Shown here: piece by piece, positions 45,701 through 56,226 of the stretch
Layout of the letters: each line of letters begins with the position of its first letter
Numbering within the stretch: position 1 is the stretch's first letter
Assembly (NCBI GenBank): GCA_052426225.1
Contig: JBNJNM010000011.1
Span: forward strand, 4,154,001 to 4,218,000
Length of the DNA stretch: 64,000 bases
Direction of reading: 5' to 3'
Source: Zancudomyces culisetae HAW-14-8
Taxonomy: Eukaryota > Fungi > Kickxellomycota
Notes under the pieces: model-generated
Seen by the model: only the letters and a program-made list of their open reading frames with translations
Told to the model about the DNA's origin: nothing
Database searches by the model: none
Made by a program: the position numbers and the translations under genes

Positions 45701-46770
45701 ATCCAGAACCTGTCACCAAAACTAAACTCGATACCACCTCCCTATCTGATACTGAGTCTACTGATACAAACAAGGACAAGAGTAAAGGCAACTCCAAAAA
45801 CAAAGACAAAAATTCCAATATCCCCACCATCAAGACTGACAAACCTACAGACACAACTTCAAACTCACATTCTGAACCCCTTCCCGCCAGCTATTCAGCC
45901 ATCTGGAAATCGTACACTGATGCTACCTTCCAGCAATCTCTCGTCCTCAGTCAACAGCTCAAAACCATCTTTCTCCCTACCGTAAACAACTCGCTCAAGG
46001 GCGACTATAAATCCGGCAAGCGTATCAACATGAAGCGCGTTATTGGCTTTATTGCTTCCGATTATAAGCGCGACAAGATCTGGCTCAAACGCACCAAACC
46101 TGATCTGCGCAACTACAGTGTTGTTGTCGCCATTGACGACTCCAAATCTATGTTATCACTCAACAATAATGTGATTGATCTAACACTGAGGTCCTTGGCC
46201 TTATTGGCCAACTCTCTGACTGGCCCCAATACCAACACTCTCTTTTCATCTTCCTCTTCTTCCAACAATAGTAGCAGTGGTTTGACTGTGCTTACCTTTG
46301 GTACTAATGTTACAGATATCTGCAAATTCTCTACAAACTTTACCCACCAAGATGGAGCAGCCCTGCTACGTACCCTGACGTTCAACCAGAACACTACCGA
46401 CCTAATTCTTCTAATCAACCATGTCATATCTCTCTTCTCCACCGATCCCTCGCCCGATCTATGGAAGCTTTTCATCATCATCTCAGATGGTATCTGCCAA
46501 AACCACCCACACATAGCTACACTTGTCCGCTTTGCCGCCACCCAATTCAAAATCCTTATTGTCTTTGTTGTCATTGACAACCAACATAATTCGATTTCCA
46601 ACATCAAATCGGTAGTATTTGATCAGCCTTCCGGTGGTACCGGCGGACTGCGCATTTCCAGATACTTGGATACTTTCCCATTTAACCATTATCTCATTAT
46701 TAATGATATCTACTCATTACCCGATGCGTTGGCTAATACCCTGCGCCAGTTCTTTGCTTCATTTAGCTAA
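27430..46770 (+). CDS. MDN1: Midasin (Rea1/Mdn1) dynein-related AAA+ ATPase for 60S biogenesis; intronless, 6446 aa from the first ATG
   Basis: Tandem AAA modules (GPGGSGKT, GETGTGKT, GPTSAGKT, GEPGCGKT, GSPGVGKT; WxLLDEINLA), a long helical linker, a D/E/N-rich tail, GDYKSGKRINMKRVIGFIASDYKRDKIWLKR and a MIDAS domain (AIDDSKSM, IISDG). Confidence 0.98.
35479..35544 (+). repeat. (AATTCC)11 encoding poly-(NS) inside MDN1
   Basis: Eleven hexamer units, two of them the AATTCT variant. Confidence 0.95.
41008..41088 (+). repeat. (GATGGTAAG)9 encoding (DGK)9 in the MDN1 linker
   Basis: Nine perfect 9-bp units. Confidence 0.97.
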
Positions 46771-47859
46771 TCAGTCGAACACTTTTTTTTTCTTTCTCTT
46801 TTTTATTATTATTTTTCTTTACCCTTTTTTCTTTTACTTTTTCACATATTTATTAATTAGTATTGAAGTATAATTGGATTAGCCAATCCATTTAAAATCA
46901 GCTCAATACACTAACCTCCCCCCCCCCCGGACTCATTTTGACAACGATTTGCGCCAATTTGACTACAAATACAAAGTATAAAAAATAAATTATCTCAGTT
47001 CCTCATATGATTTTTTTTTCCCCCTATACCATATACCACCTTTTACATATTTAGTTATGCGCTTGCCAAGTGATCAGATGGAAATGCACAAATTCACTTG
47101 TCTTAGGGTTACATATTAATACTAACTCTAGCGGCTTTTATTCAAGATTTCTCAAGTATTGGAAATTAAAAAGCAAAAGTAAAATAGAATTGCCAAGTGT
47201 TTCCTAGTCATGGCTCTTGGTCTCTAATCTTCACAGCTGTCTTCTTCATGATGTCATATTATTGGGTGGTTTTAGATTGGTAATTCTATACTTTGTCAGA
47301 TGTGGAAAAAAAAATATGAAGATGGGAAGATTGTTTTCTTTTTCTTTTTTTTTTTGCTAAGAAAAATGGTTGATCAAGTTAAGTGGTCAAGCTACCTAAT
47401 CATATGACAGGTTTTAAATCTCTTCTTTTTTCTTTTTTCGTTTTTTTTTGGATTTTAGCTGGAGTTATTAAAGCGTAGTTGAAAATACATCAAACCATTT
47501 CATCTATTTTGTAGTTTTATGTGGATGATTACTTTATTAATTCACCAAGCAAAGAAAAATACACATACTTGTCCTCCATATGTTCTTGTTAATATTTTAC
47601 TTTCATTTCATCTAAAAATGTTTACCATTATCTCGTAACTAAAACCTATATAAGGCCAAAGCAAAGGGTACCTCCAATTTCATTTTCATTCAACAGTTCA
47701 GTTATTCGGTATTCAGCTATCATTTTTATAATAAATACTATTGTTATCACAGAAATATAATTGCAATATTCCAAAAGGAAGCAAAAAGTAAATAATTAAA
47801 TCCTCTAGGTCTGAGCTTTAGCAGTATCACTTTTACCACACAAAGATATTTTTATAAAC

Positions 47860-48564
47860 ATGAGCAAAACCAATCCAGCAGCCTCGCCCTGGCCTTCCCA
47901 GGCACAACAAATACTAAGCAAAAGAGTATTAAAAGTCAGGTGGAGCAGATCATCAAGTTCTATATTTGGCACAGCCCTTACCAATTCCACGTTCACAGTT
48001 TTTGATCAATTCAACATTCCGTTAGCAATAATTAAAGAGGGGAAAGGTGCTGGTATCGAAAAATACTTTATGTCGACATCTCGCGATGTTGCATACATAG
48101 CTACTGCCATTGACGGAACATCACTGTTCAAAATTATCAAACCGCCAGCTATAGCAACTAACGATTTCTATGTCTACACCATGAACAACCGAATAGTCGG
48201 TGGTGTTACCAAGAAGATAGGTTTTGTGAAAGGGTCTTTTGATCTGTTTATTTATGATAGTACTGGTAAAGCAAACTCGTTTTGTACCTTTTCCACTAAC
48301 AGCCTTGAGCGAAGGTTCAGGCTAAAGGATTATCAATCAAATACAATTGGTGCCGTGGATTTGAATGCCAGCGCATCAAACTTTGTCTTTATGCAATCTG
48401 AAGAGAATTTCACAGTAGCCTTGGACGGAAACTACATAAAAAGGCACCACTTGGTCGAACCTGCAAAGATGGCACGATTTATTGAACAACCTACTTCATA
48501 TGGAAGGATGGCTGTGCTGATTGCTGCCATGGTATGTTGCCAATTTAACCGAATGGATCATTGA
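47860..48564 (+). CDS. Phospholipid scramblase / tubby-C-like family protein
   Basis: 234 aa with a beta-rich pattern (FTVFDQFNIPLAIIKE...DGTSLFKIIKP...IVGGVTKK...FDLF) and a C-terminal helix RMAVLIAAMVCCQF resembling the scramblase RAV.LA....IDF helix. Confidence 0.65.
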   Translation: MSKTNPAASPWPSQAQQILSKRVLKVRWSRSSSSIFGTALTNSTFTVFDQFNIPLAIIKEGKGAGIEKYFMSTSRDVAYIATAIDGTSLFKIIKPPAIATNDFYVYTMNNRIVGGVTKKIGFVKGSFDLFIYDSTGKANSFCTFSTNSLERRFRLKDYQSNTIGAVDLNASASNFVFMQSEENFTVALDGNYIKRHHLVEPAKMARFIEQPTSYGRMAVLIAAMVCCQFNRMDH

Positions 48565-49210
48565 TATCATATCGCATCGACTTGTGTCTATGTCTACGTG
48601 TATTCTATTCATGAATATTTTTATTTGATATACTTTTGAAGAAACATCATGTGATCAATTACCAGACAACATTGAGCCACGAAAATAGATTTCAGACTTT
48701 ACATTTTAGATTTTATGCTTTTATTTCAACCTTCCCTACTCGCTGTTTGTATTTTTATCAGTATTTCAAGAACTATGTTTTACCCAGTTCCTCAACACAA
48801 CTTTATGTGAAAGAGTTAAAACAAAAAATATGCTCAAAAGAAATCTTTACATCACTTGCTAAACAATTATAACCATCAAGTAGCAGGATCCTTATTAGTT
48901 AACCTCAAAGTATACTAACCCATCGAAATCAAAGTAAACCCTTATATTTCAAAGCTGCTAAAGAATCTACTTTTAAACCAAGTATTTATTGAAGTCTTTG
49001 CAACACTACTAATCAAATATATATTATACATGAGTTATAACCATGTTTATATCAGCAGCAAACTAGATTCATGCTTTATTATTCATCTACAATCTGTCTT
49101 TAGCAGTAAAACCCCTAAACAAAATAAACCAAATAAATATTCTATTTTTCTAGAGTTGTTTTGGCAAAGCTGAAGCAGCTGAGATAACCCTCGACTCGAG
49201 TAATCTAACT

Positions 49211-51393
49211 TCAAGCATACATTTTACCTTCGTCCAAGTAGTTCCAAAATCTCAGTGTCCTGTCATCACTAAAGCTTATTAGTGTTCCCTTCTTCGAATT
49301 CCACTTGGCCTCGTATACAACACCCTGGTGCCCACTCAGCACCTGTTTAATAACCCCACTGTCCTTGTCATATAAATATACCTTACCATCCTCGCTCCCA
49401 CTAACCACCATCCGCTCGTTCATAAAGTTGGCCCGGATAAAGTTCTTACTAGTGTTTTGATGGCCCTTGTATCGCCCCACCAGTTTCAGTGCTCGCAAAT
49501 CCCACAATCTATTCGAATTGTCTTTGGCCGACGTCAGAAGCTGCATTGCACTGTTGCTGTTCAGAACACTTACATTAGTTACTTCACCCAAGTGTGTCGT
49601 GATCTTGTTAACCACTGACCCCGACATTATATCCCAAAATCGAACGCTGTGATCCTTTGATCCACTAATTATCAGATTCCCCAGTGGATTTACTAGGGCC
49701 CGGCTCACGGACAGCTCGTGACCGTTAAAACTCTGTACAACCTTCCCTGCCTCAATATCATACATTCGTATTACTTTATCATACCCCGCAAAGATAATGT
49801 GGCTTTGTAGCGGATGCATTCGTACCGTGTATACATCGCTACCTGCATTGACTGTTTCCACTAATCGCGGATTCTTCACATCCCTAATATCCCATATCTT
49901 GACTGTCTTGTCCCCACTTCCTGTAACCATCGTTCTGCCCTCTTTATCCACTGTCAAATCCCACACTCGCGATGTATGACCTACAAGCTCGCTTACTAAC
50001 TGTCCTGTTTCCACTTCCCATATTTTTACTACGTTATCACTCGCTCCTGATGCAAAATAATCTCCACTCTCATCTATAAACTCTCCGCATTTTACATTGC
50101 CTTTGTGCCCTCTAACTATTCTCTCAGTATTGTTTGGCACCACTATTGGTTCGTAGTCTTGCAACAACGTTGTTATTGTTGGCCTTGCCTCGTTTTGATA
50201 TCGATTGCTCTGTATTTGATACATGACTGCTTGCTGTAGTAGCGTTTCTAGTCTCTTCTGTGGTATATATACATTGTCATCTATTTTCAATTATCGTACA
50301 TACCCACCCACCCCCCGAAAATATAATTCACAATGTTACATCAAGTATCATCATACGCTTGTATTTTTTGAAAGATCTGGTCAATTATACACGATTGTAG
50401 ATACATATATATTCCTCACTTACACTCTTGGACTTGCATCTCTATTTCTAACACACTCTGGATCTCCTCTGCCAGCCTTTGTCTATCATTTTGAACACAT
50501 TTACATGATCAGTCGCCTTTAATTTTTTAATATAAAACCATCGTTGCAAATACTTTATATTCTTACCTCGCAGACGTAATCCCATCCCAACCTTTAAACA
50601 TTGGTGCATCTTGTATACTCTTTGCTGTCAATAGATAACACAATTCCTTATATTCTCCAGGAAAACACTCATTTCTCTCCAACCCTTTAAGCTTGTTGCC
50701 AAGAATCCCATACCCTTTCATTTTTTCCCCTTCTTCAATGCACTCCAGAAACTTTTGTTTGTATATCCGATATTGTATCCCTCTACTCTTACCACCAGTC
50801 GTAAAATACGGCTCATTTTCTAGTACCTCTTCAACCTGCTCCCACTGTCCGTCCAAGATCAATTCTTTCAGCTTTATCATTGAGTTTATATAATTCTGTT
50901 TTTCTTTTCTCTTTATATTGATTTCGTCATACAGGACCATCTTGGAGTTTACAAGCCCATTGCTGTCCAAATATTGTCCTATTAGCCTCACTATGTCCTA
51001 TGTACCGTTTAAAGATTATAAGAGTTCAGTTTTTGCTCGTACTTTGTCAGAATTCACCCCAAAGGAAACTCAGCAAAAAAGTTCAACAGCCTGATATTTA
51101 TTTTTTATTCACACTTTACCTTTTTTAGATTATCACTGTCTACATCAAGTACTTTATCATTTAACGACAGCTTGCGAGAACTGGGCTCCTCATTACTTTC
51201 GTCATAATTGTTATAATTTATTTCACTAGCCCCAAGATACCCTGTCGTTTGATTCCTATTTTTTATTATTTTTATATTGTGTAAATGTGAACATGTTTCG
51301 ATACTAGTTTTAATGAGAATTGGTATAACTACAAGATTTCAAACCCATTGCTTACCCTTCGTCTTTTTGATCGGCCTTATTACTAAACTCCAT
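49211..51393 (-). CDS. LisH-CTLH-WD40 repeat protein (WDR26/Gid7-, SMU1- or Topless-like architecture; 5 exons, 577 aa)
   Basis: Exons 51393-51356, 51255-51120, 50997-50567, 50482-50424 and 50280-49211 are phase-consistent (1734 nt). LisH (DIVRLIGQYLDSNGL), CTLH (LKELILDGQWEQV...KQKFLE), IPQKRLETLLQQA and about seven GH...WD repeats. Confidence 0.9.
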
Positions 51394-51995
51394 TTCCAAT
51401 TCTCGAATTTTTTTTGTTGTGTCGCGCTTTCGCTCGCCTAATGATTTAATGCCTGCACGGTTTGTTAGTATTAACCTTTTTGAATGTCGTGGAGTCAAGC
51501 TTTTGCCATATATATATTTTTGATATACGCTCAGGTTGTATTGTTTGATGTGTTTCTAATCAACAAATATATCTTTTTAAGGTGGGTTTCAATTTTTTTT
51601 TTACCAGCTTCATTTTCTATGCCTGTTTTCATTAGGTTCCTCTCTCAACTCAAATCATGAAATTTAGCTGTTCCAATTCAAAGCTGAAATCCTCCAGGCC
51701 CAATCCTGGGTCCCCAATCTATTTTTTCGGCATTTTATTCGCCTTGGTATTAATAGCCCTTTGGCTCTGTTATCCTAGACCCGCTTTTAATCATTGCCTT
51801 TCTTGTTGTCATATTTAACCCAGGTCTTCCCAAACCTTAGCACGCATAGACTGCTAAAAAAAAAGATACAGTACACATAATATTAGTTTCTATCCACCAT
51901 CCGAAACACATCTTTTTAAGTAGATTTTATTTAATTTTATTGAAAATCTATGTAATACATCTGGTCAAAGCTAACTGCAAAACTTTCTTAAAAAA

Positions 51996-53795
51996 TCAGG
52001 CCCACTTTCCAATGAGTGCCATTACAAATGCTCCAAAATACATTGCGCAAAAACATAACAGCTTGAATGTACGAGAATACTTTTTAAATTGTGTTGAGCT
52101 ATATTCCTCTATCATCAGACAACATAGCGATACATATATTAATATTCCGCTAGAAACCGCTTCAATAATCCCCAATAATATCATCCCTTTTGTATGCTTC
52201 ATGTCTGTAGTTTTATGAATTGATATCCCAATAATTTGACCCACCGGAGTACTTATCATGTACAAGATTGCTCCCATATACTTTATAATAGAACTCTTTC
52301 TATTGGAACTACCACTATCACCAATATTGCCATCCCCAGTGCTCGTACCACCACTTTCGCCAATGGGGCTCTGGAGATACTGCCCAGCACTTCCAGCACC
52401 ACTATTTGAATCATTTTGTTCACTCAACTTCCCATTCGCACCACTTTCAACATCCGTTGGTTTTGTCGGATTTACTTTATTTTTGGTGGGTTCGATGTAG
52501 TCAGCCTGTTTAGATGGCATCCTTCGAGGATTTATAAATATAGCTTGTAGTCGCTCACCTATTGCTATACCTTCAAAAAATTGATGAAACCCTATAGCTA
52601 TAGTTAACGTTTTGAGCTCTGCTAAGTTTATCAATCCCAAAGTTAGTCCTATTATTATACTGTGCGACACCAGACCGAACTCCAAAACATACGTCGAGAT
52701 ATTTGAGTGCTTTGTTTCTTTATCTTTTCCCACATTATGCATTCCACCTCCTCCCCGTAACACGTCCTCTTCAGATTCAATAATAAATGTATGTTCGTCG
52801 TTACCCACAATATCACTGTCGAGATCGCCTATGCTTTCTTTGCCTTTATTTTTGCCACCATTTCCACCTAGGCTCTCAGTGCCTGCTCCATTTCGACTAA
52901 CACTACTACTATCACCAGAATTGCTACTACTTGTCCTATTATACGTTGAGCTGCCTTTTTTTGCGCCACCCCCGTGTGAGTGCGCCAATATGCTAACAGC
53001 TCCTTTATCCCTGTGTCCATGACCATGGCCATGATGGTGATGATAGTGGTGGTAGTGATCTTCATCTATGTCGCAAACGTCCTCACCACCTGAACCACCC
53101 CTTTCCTCCTCTATAACTGCAAATTTATAGTCAATAGCATGCATAAGAAATATTGACAAAATTGCAATAACGCCTGCCCATGCATCATAATTTCCTAGCG
53201 CAGCTTTTACATTTTTTTTATTCAGCAGGCTGTTTGAATGATTGTATATATGGATGATTCTATGAGCATAAAATAATAGAGTGATTTCTGGTTAAATAAA
53301 ATCGACACTTTTATTTTTTACATCTTTATACCAAAGTAGCAATGCTATAGTCAGACTACAATATGTGTTTACTTACGCTGTAGATATGATAATTCCGATA
53401 CCAATAAACTTTCCCAGAGTTAGCATTTTGCCTGCAGCATAGTATGTATTGGTGTTTTCTCCTATAAATATTGGTGCCAGTACTCCAAGCCCACCAGCTA
53501 TTAATACTACTAGTAGCGATAGTATCTGCCACCAAATGCTGTAACTTTCTAGAGCCGGGCCACTCACCATAACATCATTGGCAAAACCTCCGGTACTGGC
53601 ATTGATATCTGCTTCATTTGCGAGTAACTTGATATTATTACTGTTTATATCGACGTTCTTTGTGCTACCAGAGGGTTTTCCATGGCTATGTGAATAAGCC
53701 TGTACACATCCCAATGCAAATATTACAACAAAACAGCTGATATACTTTCCATGGTTACTATTTTTGCCAATATTACATGATATTCCTAGTCTCAT
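51996..53795 (-). CDS. ZIP-family (Zrt/Irt-like) zinc/iron transporter (2 exons, 560 aa)
   Basis: Exons 53795-53377 and 53259-51996. Motifs GKFIGIGIIISTAIIH, a His-rich loop HYHHYHHHHGHGHGH, LEFGLVSHSIIIG, FHQFFEG, SSGILIY and MALIGKWA. Confidence 0.95.
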
Positions 53796-55173
53796 TTTTT
53801 GGTAACTTTTGTTTATTAATGTTGTTTCTGTGTACTATTCTGTTTTTTGTTTTTTGTTTTTTGTTTTTTGTTTTCTATCCGTTGCCGAACTGTCTCCATA
53901 TATGATATCAGCGTACTATTAGAATTATTTCGAGATATTTGATTATATTTTATTTCAATTACTGTGTCAAACTTAGCATTAATACATACTCTCTTTGGTA
54001 AAAGTAGTAAGCTAAGAATGAAACAAAATAAAAATGCGGCTATTAATGAGTATTTTCTTAGGTATGGCCGTGTTATTACACTTTTTAGATTGCTCAGGCA
54101 TGTATGTTTATGCGATATTAAAGCAGAAAAAAAAGACTAGATAGGAGAGCATTACTAAAAGGACTCTAGATATTCGTTGAATTTCATGTACCACAGGGTT
54201 CTATAGTTCGCCCTTTTATGCAATCTTTTATATTGAGCTACAAAACAAAACTGTACAATAAAGGCAATTCTTTTTTTAGTTTTAATACTCCATAAAGCTA
54301 GAACATAGTCTTTATTTTTTCATTTGCTCCACGTTTAGATTTGCAAGTAGAGAGAAGAAAAATAAATAGTTTCTGTAAGATTTTCGCTCAGAATTTTTGA
54401 GGAGAGTGTGAAGTTTACTGAACATCTAGTACGAAAATAAAAGAAACTGAACATAGAACTGTGGCCTTAAAACTAGGTCAGAAGTGAACAAGGATAGTAT
54501 CAGTAATTGGTTTATACAAACTAGTGAACGAGTAGTGCGTATATGATTTATTATCAACTACATCTTCGATGTCAGAGCCAAAGAGTTTTAATTCGTGTAC
54601 CTCTTATTGTGTATTTGTTGTTTCTATATCACATTTTTTAATGATCAATTATTAGATGACATAATCCAGCTCTTTCACAGCATAGACCTGCCGTGGATAT
54701 ATATATATCTGTTTATACTTTTCGGACTCAACGCTCTTGCGAACATCATTCCCACCCCCCGCCTCTCCTCTCCTTATATCAAAGCCATGAGTTCGCTAAA
54801 ATGGTATTTTCGATTGTTAGCTGACCTCGTTTATCAAGACTATTATCAAAAGTGATCCAAGAATTGTGCTATTTAAAAAAAAGTACCAAAAAAATGTTGT
54901 GTTCAGATTGATAGTGGTTGGAGGTAGCGTGTTTGATTACTCAGCACTTAAAAAGCTAATTCACAAACAGCCATGTTATAAACTAAATGAGCAGTCATAT
55001 ATTCCATAGAACCAGTGTGATCTTATTTGGCCATGTTTGACCTCAACTCTCCCCTTTCTAATTAAAAAAAAACATCCAGAAACCATTAAGTAAAAAATAA
55101 TATTAGCATAAGTTTTAATGTTTTTGGATATATAGGAAAAAAAACATGATTATAACAATAATAGTAAAAAAAT

Positions 55174-56226
55174 CTACTGATAATCTGGGTCTGGTCTCAG
55201 TAAAGTTATACCAACACCTTGTGTCGCTCTCTGCCCACCAGGACTACAGCATAGCACCCAGTTGTAATCACTAGGTGGTTTATTCGAGAGATCTATCCTC
55301 TTCATTAGATTGTATTTAGCGACCTCTTGAAGATTAAATTCAAGCTCTGAAAGCTGTAGCTCCGTAGATTTTGAGGAACTTGGCTCCATTGAGAGCATAT
55401 TTATGTTTGTTGGTTCCAGTCTAGTAATAAGTTCGCTGGATGTAGAGGCATACTTGTTGTTATTATAGGTACCGTCTGCCCCACCACTATCATCGAGCCT
55501 TTCATTATGAAAATTGTTTATCTCCTCTGGGCCTTTTGAATTTTGTGTGGAATATTTGGTATTCGTTTCTTTAGGAGATATATCATCATCGGTTCCATCC
55601 CTAAACGTTCCGCCAGACGAACGATCATCATGTGTTATTTCTGAATTATCTCTAAAAATAAACTTATCGATCTTCTTTTTTTCTGTAAATCCCAATAGAC
55701 TATAAACACCGCTTCGTTTAATTTCAGATCTAACACGATTATTGCTACTCCTTGGGTATTTCATCTGACAAGCAACGTTGAATAGAAAATATAAAATTAC
55801 AAGTCCCAGAGTAAATATCGTCGATGTGCTGTAGTAGACGTTGTCAAAAGCCACCCACAGTGCAAATTCTCCAGATGGATGGTTCAATAGTACAGAAACG
55901 AATGAAAATCCCAGAAATACAATGTTCAAAACAAGAACTGCATATATAATTGCTTTACAGATGTATGAAAAGTCGTTGTATGTCTCTACAGCCGCCAAAA
56001 TATATCAAAAAAATGTTGAAACAAGGCAAATACAATTGGTCATGTATAATTAATTAACAGATAGTGTACAACAACAATATACACAACTAAATGAGATACC
56101 GTTGACATACTTACCATAATGAATCTTGGTGGCTAGTACCGAGGTATCTTGAAGCAAATAGCTGCAATATGGTGTTTTAAGCTCGTTCATTAGAGGCTGT
56201 GTTGTATGTGCGTTATACACACTCAT
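55174..56226 (-). CDS. Hypothetical membrane protein with two predicted TM helices (2 exons, 307 aa)
   Basis: Exons 56226-56115 and 55985-55174 join in phase (GTAAGT...TGTAG). Two hydrophobic segments precede a polar tail. No family recognised. Confidence 0.65.

Noticed and set aside
49170-49210. GCTGAGA resembling a TPP riboswitch motif
   Set aside because: The downstream CCTGAT / GGATAATGCC-type elements are absent.
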